Shown in pieces: positions 50,366-61,599 of a stretch of 64,000 bases of DNA (position 1 is its first letter; the number at the start of each line of letters is the position of its first letter). A model generated the notes under the pieces. It ran no database searches. It saw only the letters and a list, made by a program, of their open reading frames with translations, and was not told the DNA's origin. A program made the position numbers and the translations under genes. Location of the stretch: NCBI GenBank assembly GCA_963793305.1, contig CAWBZV010000003.1:1440001-1504000 (forward strand). The letters are read 5' to 3'. This DNA is from an uncultured Gemmatimonadales bacterium. Lineage in GTDB: Bacteria; Gemmatimonadota; Gemmatimonadetes; Gemmatimonadales; Gemmatimonadaceae.

Positions 50366-52723
50366 ATGACGGGGCTATCGGCAAACGTCTACCAGCCCGC
50401 CGCGATCGAGCGAAAGTGGCAGGACCGGTGGCGCGACCTGGGCACGAATCACACGGATGTGGACGCGGGGGCGGACCCTTTCTACGCCCTTATGATGTTC
50501 CCATACCCGTCAGCCGAAGGCTTGCACGTCGGTAATCTCTTCGCGTTCACCGGGAACGACATCTACGCGCGGTACCAGCGCCTCAAGGGGCACACGGTGT
50601 TCGAGCCGCTGGGCTACGACGCGTTTGGTATCCATAGCGAGAACTACGCGCTCAGAATCGGCGTCCATCCGACGGTCCTGATCCCGCGGAACATCGCCAA
50701 CTTCCGCCGGCAGTTGGACCGCACCGGTCTCATGGTCGACTGGCGGTACCAGGTCGACACCACCGACCCGCGGTACTACAAGTGGACCCAGTGGATCTTC
50801 TTGCAACTGTACAAGGCCGGTCTGGCGTACAAATCCCAGGGCGCGGTCAACTGGTGTCCGGCCGACAAGACCGTGTTGGCGAACGAGCAGGTCATCGATG
50901 GCCACTGCGAGCGCTGCGGCACGGCGGTCGAGCAGCGGTACCTCGACCAGTGGTTCTTCGCGATCTCGCGCATGTCGGAGCGCCTGCTCAGAAATCTCGA
51001 CTGGCTCGATTGGTCCGAATCGACGAAGACCGCCCAACGCAATTGGATCGGGAAGTCGAGCGGGGCCGAGGTCACGTTCGAGCCGGGTATCACCGTGTTC
51101 ACCACGCGGCCGGACACGATCTTCGGCGCGACCTATCTGGTGCTGGCGCCAGAGCACCCGTTGGCCCGCACGTTGCCGACGCCGGAGAACAGCGCCGCCG
51201 TCGACGCGTACCTGGCCCGTGCCGCCCAGCAGGACGTCGTCAGTCGGAAGATCACGAAGGACAAGACCGGCGTATTCACCGGCGCGTTCGCCACAAACCC
51301 CGCGACCGGCACTCAGATCCCGATCTGGATCGCCGATTACGTCCTGATGGACTACGGCACTGGTGCAATTATGGGCGTGCCGAGCGACGACGAGCGCGAT
51401 AACGAGTTCGCGGTCGCGCATAGTCTGCCCATCACGCAGGTGATCCACGACGATCGCCTGGTAAATTCTGGCCAGTTCAACGGCCTGAGCGTCGAAGACG
51501 CGAAGGGCCGTATCATAGATTGGCTGGCAGAGAAGGGCGCAGCGAAGCGCGTCGAGAACTATCGCCTGCACGACTGGACGATCTCGCGCCAGCGCTACTG
51601 GGGTCCGCCGATCCCCATTATCTACTGCGCGAAATGCGGAATCGTCCCGGTGCCCGAGCGCGACCTGCCGGTCGTCCTCCCGTACATCCAGGATTTCCGT
51701 CCGGATGACTCGGGAACGTCGCCACTGGCGCGCCACGAGGAGTGGTATCGGGTAGCATGTCCAAAGTGCGGCGGCGAAGCGCGCCGTGAGACCGACGTCT
51801 CGGACAACTTCCTCGACAACAGCTGGTACTTCCTGCGCTATCCGAGCACGGATCGCGACAACGTCCCGTTTGACCAGGCGCTGACGAAAAAGTGGTTGCC
51901 GGTGAACTCGTACATCGGCGGCAACGAGCACGCCGTGCTACACCTCATGTACTCGCGGTTCATTACGATGGTGCTGCACGACCTGGGACATCTCTCCTTC
52001 GAGGAGCCGTTCGCGCGCTTCCGGGCGCACGGTCTGATCGTCAAAGACGGCGCGAAGATGTCCAAGACCAAAGGCAACATCATCAATCCGGACGAGTACA
52101 TCAACGCCTGGGGCGCCGACACGTTCCGGATGTACTTGATGTTCCTCGGCGATTACCTGCAGGGCGGGGACTTCCGCGATGCGAGCATCTCGGGCGTCAA
52201 CCGCTACTTGAACCGCCTCTGGTCATCGGTCGCCGACCACAAGACCGACGGCGACCCCGACGGGGCCGTCATGTCGGCGCTCCATCGCACGATCAAGAAA
52301 GTCGGCGACGACATTCCGAAGCTCGGTTACAACACCGCGATCGCGGCGCTCATGGAGTACATGAACACGCTGCGCGAAGGCGAGCGCCATCCCCATCGTG
52401 CGGAGGTCGAGCCGCTGGTGCAGCTCACCGCGCCATTCGCGCCGCATATCGCCGAGGAGCTCTGGGAGCGGCTGGGGCACACGGGGAGTGTGTTCGACGC
52501 TGGCTGGCCGAAGTTCGATCCGGCGTTGATCGCCAGTGACACCGTCACCTATGCCGTGCAGGTGAACGGCAAGCTGCGCGGCACGATTGATTTGGCACCC
52601 GACGTATCCCAGGACGCCGCGGTCGCGGCTGCCCTGGCTGACCCCCAGATTCGCCGCCATATCACCGGCGAACCCAAACGGGTCGTCTTCGTCCCCAAGA
52701 AGCTGCTGAATTTCGTGCTCTAG
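50366..52723 (+). CDS. leuS: Leucine--tRNA ligase
   Basis: MFPYPS, HVGN (HIGH), FTTRPDT and GTG editing domain, SRQRYWG, KMSKT, VQVNGKLR. Confidence 0.97.
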   Translation: MTGLSANVYQPAAIERKWQDRWRDLGTNHTDVDAGADPFYALMMFPYPSAEGLHVGNLFAFTGNDIYARYQRLKGHTVFEPLGYDAFGIHSENYALRIGVHPTVLIPRNIANFRRQLDRTGLMVDWRYQVDTTDPRYYKWTQWIFLQLYKAGLAYKSQGAVNWCPADKTVLANEQVIDGHCERCGTAVEQRYLDQWFFAISRMSERLLRNLDWLDWSESTKTAQRNWIGKSSGAEVTFEPGITVFTTRPDTIFGATYLVLAPEHPLARTLPTPENSAAVDAYLARAAQQDVVSRKITKDKTGVFTGAFATNPATGTQIPIWIADYVLMDYGTGAIMGVPSDDERDNEFAVAHSLPITQVIHDDRLVNSGQFNGLSVEDAKGRIIDWLAEKGAAKRVENYRLHDWTISRQRYWGPPIPIIYCAKCGIVPVPERDLPVVLPYIQDFRPDDSGTSPLARHEEWYRVACPKCGGEARRETDVSDNFLDNSWYFLRYPSTDRDNVPFDQALTKKWLPVNSYIGGNEHAVLHLMYSRFITMVLHDLGHLSFEEPFARFRAHGLIVKDGAKMSKTKGNIINPDEYINAWGADTFRMYLMFLGDYLQGGDFRDASISGVNRYLNRLWSSVADHKTDGDPDGAVMSALHRTIKKVGDDIPKLGYNTAIAALMEYMNTLREGERHPHRAEVEPLVQLTAPFAPHIAEELWERLGHTGSVFDAGWPKFDPALIASDTVTYAVQVNGKLRGTIDLAPDVSQDAAVAAALADPQIRRHITGEPKRVVFVPKKLLNFVL

Positions 52724-52735
52724 CGCCCGCGGCCT

Positions 52736-52839
52736 AGATCGAGGCGCAGCCGAGATCTGTCCAACCGACATGCTTCGTGCAGCGCGTCAGCGCTGCCCCG
52801 AAGCGCTGCTCTAGTCGGTGCGAAGCACGACTAGAGCAG
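52736..52839. repeat. Three tandem inverted repeats between convergent leuS and VIT1 genes
   Basis: AGATC-GA-GGC-GCA-GCC-GA-GATCT; GCAGCGC-GTCA-GCGCTGC; CTGCTCTAGTCG...CGACTAGAGCAG. Confidence 0.7.
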
Positions 52840-53940
52840 TTTCCCGACCCAGTTCCCGACGTAGTAGCCAACGACGGCGACGCCCAGGCCGATGACGAAC
52901 ATATCGAGCCCGGACCGAAATACCCCGCGGCCGGTGAAGATGGACCGCGCAGCTCCAACCAAAAAGTGAGATAGCATCGCCAGCGTAAAAGCCGTGATGA
53001 TGGCGGCGTAGCCAGACAAGAAGAAAAACGGAGCCACGGGGATGATGGCGCCGAGCCCTGTCGCGAGCCCGGTCACCCAAGCCTCGCGCATGGGCGACAT
53101 GCCGGGCTCGCCGATCTTGAGCTCCTCCCGCACTTGCTCTTCGAGCATGCGATGCGGATCGGCCATGACGTTCGTCGCCAGCGACTCGGCGGCCTCCCGA
53201 CTCATGCCTTTCGCCTCATAGATGAGCGCCAACTCGTCACGCTCGACCTCGGGCATGAGCGCGACCTCATCGCGCTCCATCGCGATCTCGTGCGCGTACA
53301 CTTCCTGCTCGCTTTTCGCCGCCAAATATCCGCTGGATCCCATCGACAGCGCATTGGCGATGAGCCCTGCGACACCGGCGACGACGACCGCCGAATGCTG
53401 CTGCGCGGCCGAGGCGCCGATGACGCCGGCCACGAGCCCGAAGTTGGCCGTGAGCCCGTCGTTGAACCCATACACGACATTGCGCAGCAGCCCGCCCGCG
53501 CCCGTGCGGTGCCACGGTTCCGCGCTCCGGCCGGCCAGCCCGGCCAGCGTCGACGCGTGGTCCGCGCTCTCCCGCGCCAGGAGTAGCGCCTCGCCACTCC
53601 CCGGCGCGCCCTGCGCCGTAGACCGGTGAAGATCGAGGTACCCTTTGACCTCGCGCCCCTCCTCCTCGAGCAGCATCGGCAACAAAAACCCGGGCCCCAT
53701 CATCCGCCCCAGGCTCGCCAGCATCCGGGTCCGCGTGCTCGGCTGGAACGGGCGCGGCGGATGCCCCTGCTCGGTCAGCAGCTTGCCCCAGATCGCGACA
53801 TGCCGGTCCTCGACCTCGGCCAGCCGAGCATAAACATCCCGCTTGGCCGCGTCCTTCTCGATCTCAGCTAAGAGCCGGTACAGATACGCCGCGTCGGCTT
53901 CGTCCTGCCAATGGTGCTCAAATGTGTGGATATCGGACAT
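52831..53940 (-). CDS. VIT1/CCC1 family iron transporter with N-terminal ferritin-like domain
   Basis: EVEDRH and ESADH ExxH-type motifs; VYGFNDGL, ALSMGSSGYL, GAIIPVAP. Confidence 0.92.
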   Translation of the reverse strand: MSDIHTFEHHWQDEADAAYLYRLLAEIEKDAAKRDVYARLAEVEDRHVAIWGKLLTEQGHPPRPFQPSTRTRMLASLGRMMGPGFLLPMLLEEEGREVKGYLDLHRSTAQGAPGSGEALLLARESADHASTLAGLAGRSAEPWHRTGAGGLLRNVVYGFNDGLTANFGLVAGVIGASAAQQHSAVVVAGVAGLIANALSMGSSGYLAAKSEQEVYAHEIAMERDEVALMPEVERDELALIYEAKGMSREAAESLATNVMADPHRMLEEQVREELKIGEPGMSPMREAWVTGLATGLGAIIPVAPFFFLSGYAAIITAFTLAMLSHFLVGAARSIFTGRGVFRSGLDMFVIGLGVAVVGYYVGNWVGKLL

Positions 53941-54018
53941 GTTGAAAATCTAGAGGCAACCCGGGCGCCGGGTCCCGGGTCCAACAATAAAATTCCCCGA
54001 CTCCGGAGGTACCGCGCC

Positions 54019-54627
54019 GTGCGTGCTGCCCTGTCTGCCGCGCTCCTGATCCTGGCCCCGCTCCCCCTGGCTGCGCAGGCACAGAAACCGAACGTCTTCT
54101 ACTTCGGTCGAGCCCGGGGCGAGGGCCCGGTGATCGGCCTCGAGACCCGATCCGGGAGCGTCCGCGACACCCTCGGCGTCCTCGTCGTCGGCGTGACCAC
54201 CGATGGTCCCGCGGACAAAGCAGGCATCGAGGAAGGCGATCGCATCGCCTCGGCCAACAGCGTCGACTTACGCCTGACGCCGGCCGACGCGAACGATACC
54301 GAGATGCGCGGCCTCATGTCGCGCCGCCTCGCCCGCGCCGTCCACAAGGTCAAAGCCGGCGACCCGGTCGACCTCCGCGTCTATCACGACGGGCAGTACA
54401 AAACGGTGAAGGTCACGACCGTCAAGGCATCCGATCTCACGATGGATGACGACGTCATGTTCGGCGGGGACATGGAGAACCTGCCTCAGATTCGCGCGGG
54501 GCGGATGCTCGAGGACATGCACCTCGATATGCCCAGGCTCGAGAGCGACCTACAAAAGATCAAATTGGAGATGCGTCCCCGTGCGAGACCGGTCGAGATC
54601 ATCGACAACGGCGTGCACCGGATCTAG
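54019..54627 (+). CDS. Exported PDZ-domain protein
   Basis: GGAGG SD, signal peptide ending AQAQ, GVLVVGVTTDGPADKAGIEEGDRI; no protease domain. Confidence 0.85.
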   Translation: MRAALSAALLILAPLPLAAQAQKPNVFYFGRARGEGPVIGLETRSGSVRDTLGVLVVGVTTDGPADKAGIEEGDRIASANSVDLRLTPADANDTEMRGLMSRRLARAVHKVKAGDPVDLRVYHDGQYKTVKVTTVKASDLTMDDDVMFGGDMENLPQIRAGRMLEDMHLDMPRLESDLQKIKLEMRPRARPVEIIDNGVHRI

Positions 54628-54633
54628 ATCGCG

Positions 54634-55020
54634 CTACTTGGTGTCGTACTTCGCCTGCGACGCTTTATTGCGCGCTTGCATCCCGTCGAAGGTGCGCCGC
54701 TGATCGTCGGTCACGAGCAGCGCCCGGATGAGATCCGTGGCGTGATTGCTGACTGAATCGATCTGCGGCTGCACCGGCTTGACGAGCGTCGCAATCTGCC
54801 GGTGCTTCGCATTGAGGATCGAATCGACGGCCGACCGCTGCTCGCCATTGAGCGCGAGCTCGTCGCCGAACACCCGCCGCATGGCCCCGACGTTGCCCCA
54901 CCGGATGCACCGGTCTCTCGCGACGAAACGATCCGCCGTGAACCCAAGCACGCCGCCGACGAGCGTCGCGCCGAGGAGGAAGGCAAACGCCTGCCGGGAG
55001 CGGTTAGTACCCGTAGACAT
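54634..55020 (-). CDS. Membrane-anchored periplasmic helical protein (Spy/CpxP/ZraP-like)
   Basis: N-terminal TM; ELALNGEQR and VTDDQRR LTxxQ-like repeats. Confidence 0.7.
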   Translation of the reverse strand: MSTGTNRSRQAFAFLLGATLVGGVLGFTADRFVARDRCIRWGNVGAMRRVFGDELALNGEQRSAVDSILNAKHRQIATLVKPVQPQIDSVSNHATDLIRALLVTDDQRRTFDGMQARNKASQAKYDTK

Positions 55021-55351
55021 AGCGAAGGGTGGCGTCGTGCACCGTCCCGTCCACGATCCGCTCCCGAAGCTGCACCGGCAGCGACGGCCGCGACTCGACG
55101 ACCGTCTCGTACGCCAACTGCCGCTCGGTCACGCGCTCCCGCCACGCCGTGATGCCGAGTGCAATGAGCGCCACGGCCGCCGCGGCCAACCACGTGCGCC
55201 CCCATGTGCGGAACGCCAGCGACCAGTCGTCTTCGCTGCTCACGCGCGCCATGATCTTCGCCTCGAGCCCCGCCCAATACCCGGGATCACTCGGCCCCGC
55301 ATACTCGGCCTTGAGCGCGCGCAGGATTCGCCGATCGAGGATCTGCCTCAT
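55004..55351 (-). CDS. Putative single-TM anti-sigma factor
   Basis: ATGA-coupled to the ECF sigma; PGYWAGLEAKIMARV followed by one TM. Confidence 0.7.
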   Translation of the reverse strand: MRQILDRRILRALKAEYAGPSDPGYWAGLEAKIMARVSSEDDWSLAFRTWGRTWLAAAAVALIALGITAWRERVTERQLAYETVVESRPSLPVQLRERIVDGTVHDATLRYVYGY

Positions 55352-55893
55352 GCTGCCGTCCAGAGACTCAAGAGTACCGTGCGCAGCGCCCGCCTCGCGT
55401 GATGGAGGTCCGAGCGTGCCGTCCCCTCGGGGATGCCGAGGAGCAACCCGATCTCCCCATGCCGGAAGCCTTCCACGTCATGCAGGAGGATGACGGATCG
55501 TTGGCGCGGTGTAAGCTGCGACAGAGCCGATCTGAGGCGAGCGCGCAAATCGGCGGTCTCCCCAGGATCGCGGAACTGCGACGCCAGACTCTCCGTCAGC
55601 TCGTCCGCGTCTCGCACCTTGCGGCGGCGCGTAATATCGAGCGCCGCATTGGCTACTATACGGTGCAACCAGGCCCCAAACGCCTGATCTGGTCTGAAAC
55701 GATCCAGCGCACGATACGCGTGCAGAAATCCCTCTTGCACCGCATCTTCGGCATCCTCGTGAGTAGAAACGACGGATCGAGCGACCGCATACGCGCGCCG
55801 CTGGTGCGCGCGAACCAGCGCCCCGAACGCAGCGGTATCACCGCTTTGCGCCGCCCGAATGAGCGCCCCTTCATCCCATGGGATCGACATCAT
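55348..55893 (-). CDS. ECF RNA polymerase sigma-70 factor
   Basis: GDTAAFGALV, DAEDAVQEGF, WLHRIVAN, EIGLLLGIPEGTARSDLHHAR. Start could be 55953. Confidence 0.93.
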   Translation of the reverse strand: MMSIPWDEGALIRAAQSGDTAAFGALVRAHQRRAYAVARSVVSTHEDAEDAVQEGFLHAYRALDRFRPDQAFGAWLHRIVANAALDITRRRKVRDADELTESLASQFRDPGETADLRARLRSALSQLTPRQRSVILLHDVEGFRHGEIGLLLGIPEGTARSDLHHARRALRTVLLSLWTAA

Positions 55894-55980
55894 GGTCTCT
55901 GATACGATAACGCGTTGAGACGAGGGAGCGTTGGCCGAAACGTGGGACGTCATCTCGTCGTCCTTCGTTACAGGAGCAAT

Positions 55981-58900
55981 ATGGTCGATTTCCGTCCCGT
56001 CCGCTCGGGCCTCCTCCGCGTAGTTACCGCGGGACTCGTGGTCCAGACGCTGGCGACGTGTGACGCACTCACGGCGCCAAAGACGGATGCTGTCTCTATA
56101 ACTTGGGTCGGCGACACGACCGTCACCGCTGGCCTCACGGTTCCGCTCTCCGTCGCCGTGACGGTCGGCGGAAACGCCTACAACAACCCACGGTTCGCCG
56201 TCTCCTCGTCCGACACGACCATCGTCCGCATCACGGGTGCGGACTCCCTCAAGGCCGTCCAACTGGGCAGCGTGACCGTCACGGTCCAGCTCGTCAACGT
56301 GATCCTGACCGGAAACGCGCCGGTTCTCAAGCAGACACTGGTCGTCGCCCCCCAGTCCGTGAAGTTCTCCCGGACCGCCGACACCCTCCACTCGCTCGGC
56401 GAGACGTTCACGCCGTCCATCACGGCGCTCGACGCGAAAGGCGACTCGATCCCCGGCGTTTCGTACACCTGGAAGTCATCGGACACGACCATCTTCAAGG
56501 TCTCGAACCGCGGTCAGATCACCACGGTTGCCAACGGGCAAGGCGTGCTGCGGGCGATAGCGGAAGGCGACACGGCGTCGCTCGGCGTCACCGTCAAGCA
56601 ACTGCTCGTGCACTTCGCGATCACGCCGCCGCTCGAGGTGACGCTCAACGCGATCAATGCCGACACCACGCTGGTCGCCGCGGGGCGCGACTCGCTCGGA
56701 TCGCCGATCATCGGGCCGGGCGGCACGCCGCTCTGGGTCGTGCAGTCCGCGAATGTCGTCTCGATCAATCAAAGCGGGCAGCTCACGGCCATCGCCAACG
56801 GCACGGCGTACGTGTACGCCACGCATGGGCTGGCGCGCGACAGCATCCAAGCCAACGTCATCCAGCAAGCGACGCGTCTGCTCGTGACCGCGCCGAGGGG
56901 TTTCTCGATCGCAGCGGTGGGGGGCGTGGACACACTGAGCGTTGCCGCGTTCGATCGACTCAACAATCCCGTCACGAACGACCAAGCGACGCTCGTCTCG
57001 CTGGACCCCGCGATCGCGCAAGTCCAAACGGCGACGCGCGTCGTCAGCGGCCTCGGCACCGGCATCGCGCGGATCGTGGCGACGCTCGACGGCGTCGCGG
57101 ACACGGTCCAGGTGACGGTCAATAACACGCCGGCGAGGCTCGTCCTCAACGTCGACACGATCACCATTGGAGCGGTTGGCGACACGATCCAACTCACCGC
57201 GACGATCTACAACGGCGCAAACCAGGTGATTCAGGGCCTCAACGCGTTCTGGTATACGACCGACTCGACGGTCGTGACGGTCCTGCAGAACGGCCGCGTC
57301 ATCGCCCTCAAGACCGGCGGTTGCCGCGTGATCGCGGTGTTCAACAGCATCTCGGACACGGCGGTCGTCGGCGTCACCAATGGCGCGACCACCCTCACGA
57401 TTCTGAATCGCAACGACACGCTGCCTTCGATCGGCGACACGATGACCATCCCCGTGCAGATCCTGAACGCCCGGGGGCAGTCACTGCCGGCCAGCGCCGC
57501 GACCTGGAGCAGCAACGACCCGACGATCGCGACGGTGACCTCGAACGCGCTGCTCACCTCCGTCGCCGTCGGCAAGACGGTCATCCACGCCGTCGCCGGC
57601 GTCCTCCGCGATTCGGCCATCGTCGTCGTCACGAACAATCCCACGACGATCGTGCTCAACTCGACGTTGGACACGATGACGGCCCGCGGGCAGTTGCTCC
57701 AGTACACGGCACAGCTCACCAATGGCGCGGGCAATCCGATCATGGGCGCGCCGATCACGTGGAGCTCGAGCAACGCCGGTGTCGCGACGGTGAACGCGAA
57801 TGGCGTCGTCACCGCGCTCACCAACGGAACCACGACGATCACCGCCACGTCCGGGTCGGTCCACGCCAACGCGACGGTCGTCGTGCGCAGCCCGGGAACG
57901 CTCATCGTCGATAACAGCACGCTCGACACGTCGTACTTCGGGACGGGCAAGGCGCCCTATCTTCGCATCGGCGATGGCGTGAACGCCGCGGTGCCGGGCG
58001 ACACGGTCTTCGTGCGCGTCGGCGCGCACCCGTACAGCGAAGAAGTCGTCGTCAACAAGGCGATCATCCTGGTCGGCGACCCCACGGCCTACCTGGCGAA
58101 CGGACGCGACCCGACGAAGCTGCCGCTCCTTTCGCACGACACCGGCACCGCGGGCATTCTGGCCACGAGCCCGGCGCGCGTGGTCATTCGGACGCTGGCG
58201 ATACGCCACACGCTCGACGGACCGGCGATCAACACGAGCACGGCGGCCATCCAGATCAACCAGGTCTACGTCAACCCATCCGGCGACCCGTTCAACGCCG
58301 GCCGCGGCATCCTGATCCAGTCGACGAGCTCCGCGACGATCGATACCAGTGGCGTGAACGCCGTCCACGGCTACGGCGTCACGTTCCGAAACGTGACGAC
58401 GGGGCGCGTGAGCACGACGAACATCGCGGGCGTCACGGCGTCGACCGGCGCCGACAGCACATACGGCGCCGGCATCGCGGTCATCGGCGGCACGGGGAAC
58501 TCGGTTACCAGTGACTACGTCCGCCTCGCCGCCGGCCCGGAGATCTTCATCGATTCGAGCACGTCGGCCACGGTCGCGGCCAATAACGTCGCCGGCGAAG
58601 AGCAACTCATGCGCGTGCTCTTCTCCACCGGTGCGCAGATCACCGGGAACGCGTTCGACACGCGACTGGCATCTGGCGAGACATTCACGGGGAACTCCCA
58701 GTCGGACGGTCGCTCAGGCTTGGAGCTCAACCAGGCGTCCGGGGCGAGCGTGACGATCAACACGTTCTTCGACAACACCGCGAGCCAGATGGATCACATA
58801 CGGATCATTGGCACGCGCTCGCCGATCTCGCTCAGCCGCAATGAGTTTCAGGGCGGCCGCTGGAACGTCCGCAGCGAGAACGTCCGATTGGAACATGTCG

Positions 58901-59926
58901 TTCTCGCACACGATCAACAGTGTCGCGTCCGTGGCCCTCACCAACGCCGACACCGTCACGCTCACGGGCGATACCCTGACGACCGCGTACGGGAACTGCG
59001 TCCAATTCACGGGAACCGCGGGCTATCTGACGGTGTCCTCAGGCATGTTCGTCGACTGCTCGCCCGCCAGAAGTGGCGCGCCGGCCATCGCCATGACCTC
59101 GGTCGAGGGGTCGGTCTCGGTGACGGGCGTCACGTTCATCGGCGACTGGGCGCGGGCGGTTGACGTGAAACAGGGTCACAACGTCTCTCTCCGTGGCAAC
59201 ACGGCGCTCTTGAGCACCACGACGTCGGTATACCCGGGCAGCATCAATGGCGGCGTATTCGATCTGGCAGCCGACTCGTCTACCGTAGTGGGGAACACCA
59301 TCGAAGGGCTCAACGCTTTCACGGGCGTGTTCGTCGATCAAGGGCTGACCAGGGTCGACAGCAACGCGCTGACCGAGAACGGCCTCGGGCTCGCGGTGGG
59401 GAACGTGGCCAGTTTCGAGGGCAGTGGAAACGATATTTTTGACAATGACACGGCGGGCATCGTCGACAACACGGCGTCGCTGGTGAACGCGACGAATAAT
59501 TTCTGGGGGGATTCGCTGGGGCCGCGGCTGTCGACCAATCCGCAGGCGTCCGGCGATAGTGTCGTTGGCACGGTCACGTTCATTCCCTTTAACTCGCTCC
59601 CGACGTACGCCGGCGGGCGGTTGGCCGCCATGCGCGGCGTGTGGGGGTATGGCCAAACGGCGACCGCGGGGACAACGTTGCCTGAGCCATTCAACGTCCG
59701 CGTGGTCGATGGGAATGGGAGGCCGGTCTCGAATGTGCAGGTTACGTTCCAGGTGACAACCGGTACCGGAACGCTCAATGGCTCCGGGAGCACCGTGATG
59801 GTCACGACGGGCCATGACGGGCTCGCGCGAGCGACGCTCACGCTGGGCGCGAGTCCGGGTGGCAACGCGGTCACGGCCAGCGTGCCGGGACTGGGCTCCG
59901 TCGTCTTTACGGCCACGGGTCAGTGA
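55981..59926 (+). CDS. Large surface (lipo)protein: tandem Big_2-type Ig repeats, beta-helix region and terminal invasin-type Ig; +1 frameshift at ~58879
   Basis: AGGAG SD; signal peptide ending LATC; about six (W)xSSD/NxxI/VAxV...G units; GTGKAPY.RI..GV..A.PGDTV beta-helix cap; NNFWG; VRVVDGNGRPV.NV.VTF...FTATG. Confidence 0.85.
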
Positions 59927-61599
59927 TCACCTGTCCTGGATGTGAGACCCCGAACGCGGCCGACGCTCGCTTCTGCGAGCGCTGCGGCGCCGCGCTCGCC
60001 GGTCCGTCTGATACCACGCAGCTCATCGATCCAGCCGAAGCGTCGCTCGTGACCTCGGGCGACCCGGTGCCGGTCGACGATGGGGCGCGCCAAGCGCTGC
60101 TCGACCTCGCGCGCCGTGAGTTGGCCGAAGACTATGATGTCCAGAAAGAGATCGGCCGCGGCGGCATGGCCGTGGTCTACCGCGCCAACGAACGCGACCT
60201 CCGCCGCTCCGTCGCCCTCAAGGTTCTCCCGCCCGGCCTCGCGCTCGGCGCCTCGGTCGTCGAGCGGTTCAAGCGCGAGGCCCAGATGGCCGCCTCGCTC
60301 GACCACCCGAACATCATCCCGATCTACCGCGTCGGCCAGACGGCCTCAATGCTGTATCTGGCGATGCGCTATGTCGAAGGACGCCCGCTCGACGGCGTTA
60401 TCGCTCAACAAGGCGCGCTGGCGATCCCCGCGGTCGTCGCGGTCCTGCGCTCCGCGGTCGCGGCGCTGGCCTACGCGCACGAGCACGGGATCGTGCACCG
60501 GGATATCAAGGGCGCGAACATCTTGATCGATACGTCGGGGCGCGTGATCGTGACCGACTTCGGCGTCGCGCGCGCCATCGAGAATGCGTCGATGACGACG
60601 ACCGGGTCGGTCATCGGTACGCCGTACTTCATGAGCCCCGAGGCATGCGCGGGCAAGGTCGCCGGTCCGCAGAGCGACCAGTACTCGCTCGGCGTGGTCG
60701 TGTTTCGAATGCTGACCGGCGCGGTGCCGTTCCACGCGGACACGCTGGCGGCGATCATGAATCACCACTTGATCACGCCCGTCCCCGACATCACCGGCGT
60801 CCGCAAGGACGTGCCGGCCCCGCTCGTCGCCGTGCTCAAGCGCATGCTCATGAAAGATCCGGCGCAGCGCTACGGCACGACGCGCGAACTGCTCGTGGCC
60901 GTGGACGCGATCCCGCTCACCGAGATGGAGCGCGCCGAGGGCGACGCCGCGCTGCGCGAGCTGGCGCAGGGCAGCTCCGTCGACTCGATCGCGACGCAAA
61001 AGCTGCCGCCGTTGGCGGACACCATGGGGATCGTGGCCGCGCACGATGCGCTCTTGCGGTCGACCGAGCGCGCCCGCCGCAATCGCCGGCGCCGCTACAT
61101 TGTCGCCGCCGCGACCGTCGTCGTGTTGGTGTTGTACATGGCCCTTCGCAATCGCGCCAACGCCGTCCCTCGTGGGCAGCCCTCACTGCCGCCGGTAACG
61201 GTCGCCACGACTCCACAGGTCACGCCCACGCCGCCGCCAGCGATCACGCAGCCCGCCGCGACCAAGCCCGCGCCGAGCGCCGCCGACGATGCGCAATCGC
61301 GCCGTGCGCGGGCAGCGCGCCGGCGGGCCGATTCCATTGCGGCGGCGGCCGTCGCACCAGTCGATACGACGCCGGGCAAGATGCGCATCCGCGTCCTCCC
61401 GCTCGACGCCGTCCTCTACCTCGATGGCCGCGAGCTCGGCACCGGCGTTGTCATTGACGCGCCGATCCCGCCGGGTCATCGCACGCTGCGCGTCGTCGGT
61501 CAGGGCTACCAGGAGTTCGACACGGTGCTCACCGTCGTCCCGGGCCAGACGATCAACCTGGGCACGATCACGCTGAAGGACGCGGGTTCTAAACCGTGA
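59923..61599 (+). CDS. Membrane Ser/Thr kinase: zinc ribbon, kinase, TM, Pro-rich linker, PEGA
   Basis: CPGC...CERCG; GRGGMA, VALK, HRDIKGAN, DFG, MSPE; RRRRYIVAAATVVVLVLY; LYLDG...PPGHRTLRVVGQGY. Confidence 0.93.
   Translation: MITCPGCETPNAADARFCERCGAALAGPSDTTQLIDPAEASLVTSGDPVPVDDGARQALLDLARRELAEDYDVQKEIGRGGMAVVYRANERDLRRSVALKVLPPGLALGASVVERFKREAQMAASLDHPNIIPIYRVGQTASMLYLAMRYVEGRPLDGVIAQQGALAIPAVVAVLRSAVAALAYAHEHGIVHRDIKGANILIDTSGRVIVTDFGVARAIENASMTTTGSVIGTPYFMSPEACAGKVAGPQSDQYSLGVVVFRMLTGAVPFHADTLAAIMNHHLITPVPDITGVRKDVPAPLVAVLKRMLMKDPAQRYGTTRELLVAVDAIPLTEMERAEGDAALRELAQGSSVDSIATQKLPPLADTMGIVAAHDALLRSTERARRNRRRRYIVAAATVVVLVLYMALRNRANAVPRGQPSLPPVTVATTPQVTPTPPPAITQPAATKPAPSAADDAQSRRARAARRRADSIAAAAVAPVDTTPGKMRIRVLPLDAVLYLDGRELGTGVVIDAPIPPGHRTLRVVGQGYQEFDTVLTVVPGQTINLGTITLKDAGSKP

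Noticed and set aside
50524..50536. LeuRS HVGN instead of HIGH
   Set aside because: Within tolerated class I variation; all other motifs are intact.
56100..57900. Repeats in the Ig protein as DNA tandem repeats or a diversity-generating target
   Set aside because: Repeats are diverged and visible only at protein level; no reverse transcriptase or template repeat was seen.
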